Positions 23,954 to 33,441 of a DNA stretch of 64,000 bases are shown here, piece by piece. Each line of letters opens with the position of its first letter. Positions within the stretch are counted from its first letter, which is position 1. The position numbers and the translations under genes were made by a program. The DNA lies in the NCBI GenBank assembly GCA_045563135.1, contig JBJKUL010000001.1:741351-805350 (forward strand). The letters are read 5' to 3'. Source of the stretch: Candidatus Actinomarina sp. GTDB lineage: Bacteria; Actinomycetota; Acidimicrobiia; Actinomarinales; Actinomarinaceae. The notes below the pieces were generated by a model. The model did no database searches and was not told the origin of the DNA. It saw nothing but the letters and a program-made list of their open reading frames with translations.

Positions 23954-24350
23954 ATTTAGGGGTAACGAACAAAGCTTCAGCAATTGCTGCTATGTTCCCA
24001 TCATCTAGAAAAAGTTCAGCTTTATAGATAGTTCCCTTTTCACTTATCGAGTCTCTCCATGCCTTTACATGAACGTATTCTGTTGAGTTGTTTACAGGTT
24101 TAATATATTTTGCTGAAAAGGTTTTAGTTACAACCATCTCTCCTAAAAGAAAACTCAGTGGTCCCATTGTGCAATCCATAAAAGAATCAACGATTCCACC
24201 TAGAGTTGTGTTCATTGGGTTAAAATATTTTTCCTGTATTGGATATTTGCATTCTAGATATTCTTCATTGTCATTAAAATTAATGAACTCGCCTTTAAGT
24301 TCCTTATAAATGTTTGGTACAGGTAAATTGCCCCATGTTGTATCTGACAT
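23934..24350 (-). CDS. Hotdog-fold (PaaI/4HBT-like) thioesterase
   Basis: 138 aa with a glycine-rich GGIVDSF..D motif typical of PaaI-type thioesterases. Confidence 0.55.
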   Translation of the reverse strand: MSDTTWGNLPVPNIYKELKGEFINFNDNEEYLECKYPIQEKYFNPMNTTLGGIVDSFMDCTMGPLSFLLGEMVVTKTFSAKYIKPVNNSTEYVHVKAWRDSISEKGTIYKAELFLDDGNIAAIAEALFVTPKSNPPSL

Positions 24351-24391
24351 AGAAAAATATTAACAGTATTTTAAATTTAGATTTGGTGCGG

Positions 24392-25219
24392 CTATCTACC
24401 CTTAGGGTGCCAGACAGTCTTTGTTTCAATGAAGGGTAGCAAAGATTCTAATCCAGAAACAGGAGGATTAATAAAGATTCGCTTTAATGACTTTGATGCA
24501 TTTTCTCTGATGATTTTTTTATCTGTGGATGGAAGTTGTTTATAAATAGCCATTGCATTGATTTCAACGTGGTTGCTAACATCATCAATAATCTGATCAA
24601 ATTTTCCAGACAAAATATTCAGGGCTCCAGCTGGTAAATCTGAATTATTAATATCTTCAGCTAATTTAAGAGCCATTATAGAGTTATCTCCATTGAAGCT
24701 AATTACTGAACAACCTGTTACAAGAGAAGGTAATATATTTAGCAATAATTGATTTAAAGAATTTTCATCTGAATTCAACGTGAATACAATTCCTAAAGAC
24801 TCTTGATGAGAAATATTAAAATACTCTCCTGCCACAGGATTTAAATTACCAGTCATCTGTTCCCACTTATCTGCAATACCTGCGTACCAAATTAATGAAT
24901 CCAATGCTTGTTTTGTATCCTCTTTTGCTTTTGATTTAGATAATCCTGAGTCTTCTAATATTTGTTGATAAGTCTCAATATTACCCTCAAGCATCTCTGA
25001 CAATCTATACAAAACTTGTGTTCGGTTATAGGGAGTTAATTTTTGCCACTCTGTAAAACCTTTCTTTGCAGCAACTACTGCATCTCTAACATCCTTTCTA
25101 GACGTTAAAGGTACTTCATAAAACTCACTTTTAAGTGCAATCCTAAATGTCTTACCTGATTCAGACCTCAAGTATTTTCCACCAACATAATTTTTGTATG
25201 TTTTTTTTATCTCATTCAT
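24392..25219 (-). CDS. Aldehyde-dehydrogenase-like protein lacking the catalytic domain (probable pseudoenzyme)
   Basis: 275 aa. It aligns in pattern to the ALDH N-terminal NAD-binding half and the C-terminal oligomerisation strand (EYTETKTV-like tail). The ELGGK Glu and the catalytic Cys region are absent. 4-nt overlap with the full-length ALDH upstream. Confidence 0.55.
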   Translation of the reverse strand: MNEIKKTYKNYVGGKYLRSESGKTFRIALKSEFYEVPLTSRKDVRDAVVAAKKGFTEWQKLTPYNRTQVLYRLSEMLEGNIETYQQILEDSGLSKSKAKEDTKQALDSLIWYAGIADKWEQMTGNLNPVAGEYFNISHQESLGIVFTLNSDENSLNQLLLNILPSLVTGCSVISFNGDNSIMALKLAEDINNSDLPAGALNILSGKFDQIIDDVSNHVEINAMAIYKQLPSTDKKIIRENASKSLKRIFINPPVSGLESLLPFIETKTVWHPKGR

Positions 25220-26655
25220 GATTGAACCTTTAAATACGAAAGAAGGCCATGCCTTCCTCCCTCTCTACCGAATCCTGACTCTTTATAACCCCCAAATGGT
25301 GATGAAGGGTCGAATTTATTGAACGTATTAGCCCAAATTACACCAGCTTGAAGTCTGTCTGCTGCCCATAAGATTTTTGACCCTTTTTCAGTCCATATAC
25401 CTGCTGAAAGTCCATATTCTGTATTGTTAGAAATTTCAATAGCTTCTTCAGGAGTTCTAAAAGTTAGAGTAGTTAATACTGGTCCAAATATTTCCTCTCT
25501 TGAAATCTTATATGATGGTTGTGCGTTGGTAAACAATGTTGGTCTAAACCAGTATCCATCTGTAGGTAGGTCACAATCTGTTTGAAATATGCTTCCTCCT
25601 TCTGCTATTCCTTCATTAACTAGCGAAGAAATTTTATCTAATTGCTCTTTTGAGTTTATTGCACCAATATCTGTATTTTTATCTAAAGGATTCCCAACTC
25701 GTAAAGACTGCATTCTCTTTTCTAGCTTTGACACAAACTCATCGTGAATATCTTCTTGTAAAACTAATCTTGAACCAGCACAACATACATGTCCTTGATT
25801 AAAAAATATCCCATTGACTACACCTTCTACTGCCTGATCTATAGCTGCATCGTTAAAAACTATGTTTGCTGCTTTTCCGCCTAATTCTAAAGTAAGTCCT
25901 ATATCTCGGTCTGCTGTTTCATTTTGAATATATTTTCCTACTGCTGTTGATCCAGTAAATGCAATTTTAGAAACATCAGGATGCTGGACTAACGCTGCTC
26001 CTGTTGTTCCATCACCAGTAACAAGATTAAAAACTCCTGGTGGAAGTCCAACCTCTTGGCAAAGTTCAGCAAAAAGTAATGCTGTGAGTGGTGTACTTTC
26101 CGCTGGCTTTAATATGACGACATTTCCAGTTGCTAATGCTGGAGCAACTTTCCAAGAAAGCATAAGTAAAGGAAAGTTCCATGGGATTATTTGTCCAACA
26201 ATTCCGTAAGGTTTTAATCCTTTTGTGTTCCAAGATATATCTAATTTATCTGCCCAACCAGCGAAATAAAAGAAATTTGCTGCAACCTGAGGTAAATCGA
26301 AATCACGCGATTCTTTTATTGGCTTTCCCCCATCTAAGCTTTCTAAAACCGCAAATTCTCGTGATCTCTCTTGGATTAATCTTGCAAGTTTAAATAAGTA
26401 TTTTGCGCGTTGGGTACCAGATAATTTTGACCATACTTTTAAACCACTTTTTGCAGACTCTACAGCGGAATCAATATCAGATTGATTTCCTAATGCTACT
26501 GATGAAAGCACTTCTTCAGTAGAGGGAGAAATAGTTTTAAGATATTTTTTTGAATTTGGTGATTGAAACTGACCGTCAAAAAAGATTCCATATTTTTTTT
26601 CAATACTAACGATAGAACTGGATTCAATAGATTCTGCGTATTCCCAAGTATTCAT
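25216..26655 (-). CDS. NAD(P)-dependent aldehyde dehydrogenase
   Basis: 479 aa with ELGGKAANIV (catalytic Glu) and FFNQGHVCCAGSR (catalytic Cys) motifs. Confidence 0.85.
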   Translation of the reverse strand: MNTWEYAESIESSSIVSIEKKYGIFFDGQFQSPNSKKYLKTISPSTEEVLSSVALGNQSDIDSAVESAKSGLKVWSKLSGTQRAKYLFKLARLIQERSREFAVLESLDGGKPIKESRDFDLPQVAANFFYFAGWADKLDISWNTKGLKPYGIVGQIIPWNFPLLMLSWKVAPALATGNVVILKPAESTPLTALLFAELCQEVGLPPGVFNLVTGDGTTGAALVQHPDVSKIAFTGSTAVGKYIQNETADRDIGLTLELGGKAANIVFNDAAIDQAVEGVVNGIFFNQGHVCCAGSRLVLQEDIHDEFVSKLEKRMQSLRVGNPLDKNTDIGAINSKEQLDKISSLVNEGIAEGGSIFQTDCDLPTDGYWFRPTLFTNAQPSYKISREEIFGPVLTTLTFRTPEEAIEISNNTEYGLSAGIWTEKGSKILWAADRLQAGVIWANTFNKFDPSSPFGGYKESGFGREGGRHGLLSYLKVQS

Positions 26656-26658
26656 AAT

Positions 26659-27597
26659 TTATCCTCTTGGAAAATAGTAGCCCGACTGGTAGGCATTGGT
26701 TTTTAATTTTTTAATTTGTTTCAAAACATCATCTACGAGACTTGATGCACCAAATCTAAAATAGTCTGGATTTAGCCAGTCACTTCCAAGTTCCTCATTT
26801 ACAATTACTAAATATCTTATGGCATCCTTAGAATCTCTTATACCACCTGCTACTTTAATTCCAGCTTTAAATCCAGTTACCTCTTTATAATCCCATACAG
26901 ATTTTGCCATTAGGTAGCATGCTTCTCTTGATGATCCATCAGAAATTTTACCAGTTGATGTTTTTATAAAATCAGAACCTGCGGCTAGTGAAATTAGACT
27001 TGCTTTCTTGATATTTTCATAAGTTCTAAGCTCTCCGACCTCTAATATTGTTTTTAAATGCACAGAAGAACATACCTCTTTTAAAGCAACAATTTCGTCA
27101 TACATTTTCCTATAATCACCTTCAAAAAATGCTTTTCTGTTAATCACAATATCAATCTCATCAGCACCCTGATCAATTGCAAATTGAGTATCTAGAATCT
27201 TAGACTCGAGTGGAGCCTGACCACTTGGAAAATAAGATGAAACCGAAGCCACTTTAACATTTGAGTTTTTGGTCATTTCTTTTGCTTTTGAAACTAATGC
27301 TGGGTAAACACATACTGCCGCAACACTAGGAACCTCTATATTGCTAGGGTCAGGTCTTATCGCTTTTGCTGTCATCTGACCAATCTTGCCTTCAGTGTCT
27401 TCTCCTTCAAGTGTTGTAAGGTCACACATCGTAACAATATAATTTAATGCCTGAAGCTTTGAGTCTTTTTTAATACTCCTAGTAGCTAGTGAAGCAACTC
27501 TTTCTTTGAGGCCAACCTCATCAACTCTTAAATTATCTATCAATTCGACAGTATCTGACCAGCTAAGAGTATTTTTTGTTTCTTTTGTTAAAGACAT
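26659..27597 (-). CDS. deoC: Deoxyribose-phosphate aldolase (long, DERA-like form)
   Basis: Schiff-base lysine context FIKTSTGK and AAVCVYPALV. 312 aa. Confidence 0.75.
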   Translation of the reverse strand: MSLTKETKNTLSWSDTVELIDNLRVDEVGLKERVASLATRSIKKDSKLQALNYIVTMCDLTTLEGEDTEGKIGQMTAKAIRPDPSNIEVPSVAAVCVYPALVSKAKEMTKNSNVKVASVSSYFPSGQAPLESKILDTQFAIDQGADEIDIVINRKAFFEGDYRKMYDEIVALKEVCSSVHLKTILEVGELRTYENIKKASLISLAAGSDFIKTSTGKISDGSSREACYLMAKSVWDYKEVTGFKAGIKVAGGIRDSKDAIRYLVIVNEELGSDWLNPDYFRFGASSLVDDVLKQIKKLKTNAYQSGYYFPRG

Positions 27598-27640
27598 AAT
27601 TCTATGGTAAATGAAGATGTTATTTTTTAACAGAGAAAAT

Positions 27641-30600
27641 TTAATCTAAAGCAGAAATTTTATTTTTTAATGAAATTTGTTTTTTATCACTGATCTCTGC
27701 GATTCCACCAAAAACAGTAAAGATCTTATGCCAGGCATCCTCTTTGCTTAGTAATTTAGTAGCTAGTTCAGATCCTGTCTGACTTACATGCTTTTCTAGT
27801 AATGTTTTAAGGTCTAGGCTGTCAATTTCATTTAAATCGTGAGAACTCGGAGCAGACTCTGAAATATATTGATCAAAGCTTTTTTGTGTATTTAACACAA
27901 TGACTTTTCCACCTGTCATACCTGCAGCGAAGTTGAAACCAATTTCACCAAGAATTACAAGTGTTCCACCTGTCATGTATTCAGCTGCATGTGCACTACA
28001 ACCCTCAACAACTGCAATTGCTCCACTATTACGTACTCCAAATCTTTGTCCAACTCGTCCTGAAATAAATAACTGGCCACCAGTTGCCCCATACAAAATT
28101 GCATTTCCTGCAGCATGGTATGCACCTTGCATCTTCTTCCCTTGTGGAATTATTGTAATGCTACCCCCACCCATGCCTTTCCCGACATAGTCGTTAGCAC
28201 TACCAGTAAGTTTTAAGTTGATTCCATCTCTAATAAAAGCCCCAAAACTCTGACCAGCGGAACCGGATAAACTTATGAGAGAGGGGTTCTCTTTAAGTTT
28301 TTGACTTAATTTATTAATAGATATTTCACCAGACAATCTTGCGCCTATGCTTCTATCTTCATTTGAAATTGGATATTGCAAAAATGAAGACTTGTTAGCA
28401 TTTAATGACTTTACTACTTCAGATGTTATTCTTCTTGAAAGACGTCCTTCATCGTGTTTTATAAATCCAGGATGTTTTTTTTCAGGCACAGCATTTACGA
28501 GAAGCTTGTGCAAACTACTAGGAAGGTTGTTGTCTAATACTTTAAGTCCCAATAAATCAGCATGTCCAATTAAATCCTCCAACTCTGAAACATTGAATAT
28601 CTGTAAATATTCTTGCACGTCTTCTGCAAGAAACTGAAATAACTGCATAACCTGCTCAGGTGCACCTGTGAACTTAGCCCTTAAATTTTCATCTTGTGTT
28701 GCAATGCCAACAGGACATGTATTTTCATGACACTGTCTGACCATTTTGCAACCTAAAGCTAACAAAGGCAGTGTTCCAAAACCAAATCTATCTGCCCCCA
28801 AGGTTGCTGCAATTACAACATCTTTTGCCGATCTAAGCCCTCCGTCGACTTCTAATAGAACTTTCTCTCTCATGTTATTCATAACTAAAGCCTGATGTGT
28901 CTCACTGAGTCCTAGTTCCCAAGGAGAGCCTGCGTGTTTTATACTCGTCCATGGACTAGCACCGGTTCCGCCATCACTTCCTGCGATGGTTATGACGTCT
29001 GCCCCTGCTTTTGCAACGCCTACTGCAATTGTCCCAACACCCGGTTCCGAAACTAATTTAACATTTACGGGATTATTCGGATTAAAAGTCTTAAGGTCAT
29101 ATATAAGTTGAGCTAAATCCTCAATTGAGTAAATATCATGATGTGGAGGTGGTGATATTAAGGTAATACCCTCATTTGTGTGTCTCAATTTTGCAATATG
29201 TGAATCAACTTTGAAACCAGGAAGCTGACCACCCTCTCCGGGTTTAGAGCCTTGTGCCATTTTAATTTGGAATTCTTCTGCTGATGCAAGGTAATCTGGA
29301 GTTACACCAAATCGACCTGAAGCAATTTGCTTTATCTTAGAATTCTTTTCAGTGTTATAACGTAATGGATCTTCTCCACCTTCACCCGAACCAGATTTGG
29401 CACCTAATCTATTCATAGCTATTGCTAATGCTTGGTGTGCTTCTTCAGATAGCGCACCAAGAGACATCGAACTGACGGTAAACTTTTTATAGATTGATTC
29501 AATTGAAGGAGCGTTATTTTGATTATCAAAACCTTGGGAAGTGTCAGGTAATGTAAATAGATCTCTTATTTGAACATCTGCTCTATTTTCTAGGGTCTCT
29601 AAATACTCAGACCACATCTCTCTATCTCCTGACCTAACAGCTTTTTGTAACTTTAAAACTGTAGCTGGAGAAGTGATATGGGGTTCAGCATTCTTTTTAT
29701 ATTTATAGAATCCACCCAAGTTCTCCGATGATTCATCTGAATATATCTTTAGATTTTCTTGTATGGCCTTAAAGCCAATTCCCTCTGTTCGGCTTTTTGA
29801 ATATTTAAAAGCACTCATAATAACTTCTTCATCAAGTCCAATTATTTCAAAGAGTTCAGAGCCCCTATATGAAGAGACTGTACAAATTCCCATTTTTGAC
29901 ATTATTTTTAAAAGTCCTTTATTTAATGTCTTTGTATAGTTTTCCTGTGCTTCTGCGATAGAAAGTTCTATGTTCTCTTCTGACGCCACAAGTTTTCGAA
30001 CATTCTCTAATGCTAGGTATGGCCAGACAGCTGATACACCGTATGATATATGACATGCTAAATCATGAGAGTCTCTTATCTCCCCAGAGGCAACTATTAA
30101 AGAGGCTTTTAATCTAATTCCATTTTCAATTAAAAAGTGATGTAAGGTACCGGTAACTAATAATGAAGGAATAATGCTTTCTCCAATTTTGACATCTCTA
30201 TCCGATAAAATTATTAAAGATTTTTTCTTGTTTTCAATTGAATCTTTTACTTTTACACATATATCTCTTAAAGCAGTTTGAAGATCTTTTTCCTCTTTAT
30301 TGAAACAAAAACTGATTACTTCCGATTTTTTTCCTAAAAATTCATTGGATACTAATTTATCGTAAGTTCCACCATTCAGAATTGGGCTTTTTAAAGTCAC
30401 AAGATTTGCTTGTTGGGAAGTTTCTTTAAGAATTGAACCCCTTTTACCTAGGTAAGTTTTTGTGGACATAACAAATCTTTCCCGTATCGGATCAATTGGT
30501 GGATTAGTAACTTGTGCGAAAAGCTGATGAAAAAATCGACTTAACCTTGGTTTATTACTACTTAAAATTCCTAAAGGGGAATCATTACCCATGGAACCAG

Positions 30601-32020
30601 TTGGAACTTCTCCCTTTAGCATAGGAAGTAACATTAGCCTTTCTTCTTCTGGTGTGTAATCAAAATATTTTGAGAGTAAATCTTCATCTATTGAGTCGTC
30701 TTTTAAGTTACTAAATTGAGTATCAACTTTTAATGGTTTGGAGTTAACCCAGTCTTTATAGGGATTTTTTTTGCTAAGTTTTTGAATTACTTCCTTCTCA
30801 TCTAAAAGCTCATCATCATTTATCCTATATCTTATTGTCTGACCGGGTTCTAATTGAGCTGTTTTATATGCTCCTGCCTCAACGGAAGGACAAATTCCAA
30901 CCTCGGAAGCGGCAAGAATATATCTATCTGACACCATCCACCTCATTGGTCTCAAACCACTCCTATCTAGCCCAGCAATAATATCAAGACCATCTGATGC
31001 TACTATTGCCGCTGGTCCATCCCATGGTTCAGATAAAAATGAGTGGTATTGATAAAATGCCTTCTCGTCTTCGGTAAACCTAGGATTATTTTCCCAAGCG
31101 GATGGAATTAACATCTCTTGGGCATGAGCAAGTGTTCTGCCAGACTGAACTAGTAGTTCGACAGCATTATCAAGCTGACCAGAATCAGAAATTGATTCAT
31201 CAATAAACGGTTTGATTGTATCTATTTCTTCTTTCCAGAAACTTGATGTAGCATCTACTTCCCTGGCCTGCATCCAAGAATAATTTGAAGTTATTGTATT
31301 AATCTCTCCGTTATGCGCAAGCATTCTTAAGGGTTGTGCTTTGTCCCAAGTCGATGAAGTATTAGTTGAAAATCTCTGATGAAAGATCCCAAATCTAGTT
31401 TTAAAGAGTGGGTTTCTTAGATCCCAATAAAAGTCTGATGCTTGTGTGGCTGTAAATAACCCTTTGTATACCACTGTTCTCGATGAGCACGAATTAATAT
31501 GAATATTTAAAAATTTATGATTTGAGATTTCTCTCTCCAGAGATTTTCTAAATAAATAAAGTGTTTTTTCAAATTGTTTATCATTTTTTTCATCAGAAGA
31601 TATGACAGCATGAAATATAGCTGGTTTTGATTGCTTTGCCAGAGTACCTAGTATCTCTTTATCCGTTGGCACTTTACGCCAATATAAAAGGTCTATTTTA
31701 AAATCAATAAGCTTCTTTTGAATTAAATCTTTAGATTCATTGAGCTCTTTTGGATCAAAAAAACAAGAAATTAAACCCAGTTTCTTTCCTTTACCAAGAG
31801 TTATATTTCTTTCTTTTAATTCTGCATTTAGAAGTTCATAAGGAATTTCTGTTAATACTCCTGCCCCATCTCCTGTACCATCCGCAAATTTGGCACCTCG
31901 GTGATCAAGATTAGAAAGACACTCTAATATTTTTAATGTCATTCCATGAGTAGGAGGAAGTCCTCTAGAGGCTATAAAGCCAACTCCACATGAATCTTTT
32001 TCTTTAAAATCAAATTTCAT
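27641..32020 (-). CDS. gltB: Glutamate synthase large subunit
   Basis: 1459 aa with an N-terminal Cys1 Ntn-amidotransferase domain (MKFDFKEKDSCGVGFIA), FMN/Fe-S central domains and a C-terminal GXGXG beta-helix. Confidence 0.9.
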   Translation of the reverse strand: MKFDFKEKDSCGVGFIASRGLPPTHGMTLKILECLSNLDHRGAKFADGTGDGAGVLTEIPYELLNAELKERNITLGKGKKLGLISCFFDPKELNESKDLIQKKLIDFKIDLLYWRKVPTDKEILGTLAKQSKPAIFHAVISSDEKNDKQFEKTLYLFRKSLEREISNHKFLNIHINSCSSRTVVYKGLFTATQASDFYWDLRNPLFKTRFGIFHQRFSTNTSSTWDKAQPLRMLAHNGEINTITSNYSWMQAREVDATSSFWKEEIDTIKPFIDESISDSGQLDNAVELLVQSGRTLAHAQEMLIPSAWENNPRFTEDEKAFYQYHSFLSEPWDGPAAIVASDGLDIIAGLDRSGLRPMRWMVSDRYILAASEVGICPSVEAGAYKTAQLEPGQTIRYRINDDELLDEKEVIQKLSKKNPYKDWVNSKPLKVDTQFSNLKDDSIDEDLLSKYFDYTPEEERLMLLPMLKGEVPTGSMGNDSPLGILSSNKPRLSRFFHQLFAQVTNPPIDPIRERFVMSTKTYLGKRGSILKETSQQANLVTLKSPILNGGTYDKLVSNEFLGKKSEVISFCFNKEEKDLQTALRDICVKVKDSIENKKKSLIILSDRDVKIGESIIPSLLVTGTLHHFLIENGIRLKASLIVASGEIRDSHDLACHISYGVSAVWPYLALENVRKLVASEENIELSIAEAQENYTKTLNKGLLKIMSKMGICTVSSYRGSELFEIIGLDEEVIMSAFKYSKSRTEGIGFKAIQENLKIYSDESSENLGGFYKYKKNAEPHITSPATVLKLQKAVRSGDREMWSEYLETLENRADVQIRDLFTLPDTSQGFDNQNNAPSIESIYKKFTVSSMSLGALSEEAHQALAIAMNRLGAKSGSGEGGEDPLRYNTEKNSKIKQIASGRFGVTPDYLASAEEFQIKMAQGSKPGEGGQLPGFKVDSHIAKLRHTNEGITLISPPPHHDIYSIEDLAQLIYDLKTFNPNNPVNVKLVSEPGVGTIAVGVAKAGADVITIAGSDGGTGASPWTSIKHAGSPWELGLSETHQALVMNNMREKVLLEVDGGLRSAKDVVIAATLGADRFGFGTLPLLALGCKMVRQCHENTCPVGIATQDENLRAKFTGAPEQVMQLFQFLAEDVQEYLQIFNVSELEDLIGHADLLGLKVLDNNLPSSLHKLLVNAVPEKKHPGFIKHDEGRLSRRITSEVVKSLNANKSSFLQYPISNEDRSIGARLSGEISINKLSQKLKENPSLISLSGSAGQSFGAFIRDGINLKLTGSANDYVGKGMGGGSITIIPQGKKMQGAYHAAGNAILYGATGGQLFISGRVGQRFGVRNSGAIAVVEGCSAHAAEYMTGGTLVILGEIGFNFAAGMTGGKVIVLNTQKSFDQYISESAPSSHDLNEIDSLDLKTLLEKHVSQTGSELATKLLSKEDAWHKIFTVFGGIAEISDKKQISLKNKISALD

Positions 32021-32060
32021 AAGTCCTTACATAGTACTACACGTTAATTGAGGAATAAAT

Positions 32061-32117
32061 AGAAAATCAGCCAACAAACCTCAAGGGGGGATCCTCAAAA
32101 ATAAGGGCTGATTTTCT
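32061..32117 (-). terminator. Large hairpin between amt and gltB (possible terminator or attenuator)
   Basis: Perfect 12-bp inverted repeat AGAAAATCAGCC/GGCTGATTTTCT (32061-32072 and 32106-32117) around a 33-nt loop. The loop contains CCTCAA-GGGGGGAT-CCTCAA. A U-rich tract follows on the transcribed strand. Confidence 0.35.
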
Positions 32118-32128
32118 AATACTAAATT

Positions 32129-33325
32129 CTATTTTTTTAGAATAAAGTCACCATATGCAGTAGTGCCATGTTCTGAAACATCCAATCCTGCTATTTCCTC
32201 TTCTTTTGAAACTCTTAACCCAAAGAAGCTATCAATAGTTTTTAATACAGCAAATGATGTTCCATAAGCCCAAGCACCTATTGCGACTATACCAACTAAC
32301 TGTGGAACAAAAAGTGATGTTCCTCCATAAAATAAACCATCAGTAGTGTCAAAAATTGCTACTGCTAACACGCCCCAAGCTCCACATATACCGTGAACAG
32401 ATACAGCTCCTACAGCATCATCGAGACCCTTTTTTTCAATAAAGTTTATTGAATAAACTACAAGGACTCCAGATACAGTTCCTATTAGCACTGCTCCCAG
32501 GTTGTTTACATTTGCACAACCTGCAGTTATACCAACTAGGCCAGCCAATGCACCGTTTAAAGTCATTCCAACATTTGGTTTTCCAGCAATCATTGATGTA
32601 TACATAGCTGTAATTGATGCAGCTGATGCTGATAAAGTGGTGGTTACAGCTATTGCAGCAAGATTTACATCCACTGCAGCTAAAGCTGAACCTACATTAA
32701 AACCATACCAACCAAACCAGAGAATGAATACACCTAATGCACCAGCAACCATTGAACTTCCGGGAATTGAAAGAGGATTACCGTTATCATCAAATTTTCC
32801 TATTCTAGGACCTACTACCTGAATTCCAGCTAGAGCAGCAAATCCACCTACCATATGAACAACTCCAGAACCTGCAAAATCAATGAAGCCTAAATCAGTC
32901 AGCCACCCTTGGCCGCTCCAAACCCAATGAGTGACAATAGGATAAATTACACCACAGATAAAAGGTTGGAAGAGTAAATAAGAACTAAACTTTGTTCTTT
33001 CTGCAACCGATCCTGAAACAATAGTTGCAGCAGTTGCAGCAAAGACAACCTGAAAGAAATAAGTAGTTGAATCTCCTTCTAGGAAGAAGTTACCGTATGC
33101 AATAAACCCTCCCAGTGTTGACCCACCATAAGCTAGGGCGAAACCAAATGCCCAATAGGTTATCGCACCAACAGAAAAATCCATAAAGTTTTTCATTACA
33201 ATATTTACTGAGTTCTTTGACCTAGTAAATCCTGTTTCAACGAGCATAAATCCTGGTTGCATGAACATTACTAAAATACCTGCAATTAAAATCCAGAGAT
33301 TATCAACATATGTTGTTATTTCCAT
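32129..33325 (-). CDS. amt: Ammonium transporter
   Basis: 398 aa, 11 TM, Amt/MEP signature regions (twin-His region around HGICGAWG). Confidence 0.9.
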   Translation of the reverse strand: MEITTYVDNLWILIAGILVMFMQPGFMLVETGFTRSKNSVNIVMKNFMDFSVGAITYWAFGFALAYGGSTLGGFIAYGNFFLEGDSTTYFFQVVFAATAATIVSGSVAERTKFSSYLLFQPFICGVIYPIVTHWVWSGQGWLTDLGFIDFAGSGVVHMVGGFAALAGIQVVGPRIGKFDDNGNPLSIPGSSMVAGALGVFILWFGWYGFNVGSALAAVDVNLAAIAVTTTLSASAASITAMYTSMIAGKPNVGMTLNGALAGLVGITAGCANVNNLGAVLIGTVSGVLVVYSINFIEKKGLDDAVGAVSVHGICGAWGVLAVAIFDTTDGLFYGGTSLFVPQLVGIVAIGAWAYGTSFAVLKTIDSFFGLRVSKEEEIAGLDVSEHGTTAYGDFILKK

Positions 33326-33395
33326 TTTTTCTCCTTTAAAGTAAATATTTATAAATAATCTAATTGATGATTTTTAATACGTGATACTAAAGAAG

Positions 33396-33433
33396 TTAAA
33401 TGATTATTACAGAATTGTTTCTTATTTGTTTCA
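33396..33433 (-). promoter_or_regulatory. GlnR-box-like array upstream of amt
   Basis: Minus-strand read: GAAAC-n6-GAAAC-n6-GTAAT-n6-TTAAC, 70-110 bp upstream of the amt start. It matches the gTnAc-n6-GaAAc architecture of actinobacterial GlnR sites. Confidence 0.35.
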
Positions 33434-33441
33434 GCGAGTAA

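Noticed and set aside
32081-32096. GGATCC / G6 tract in the amt-gltB hairpin loop as a possible foreign or cloning-derived insert
   Set aside because: A BamHI site alone is not evidence of vector sequence. The flanking context is native, and the element sits in a perfectly symmetric genomic inverted repeat.
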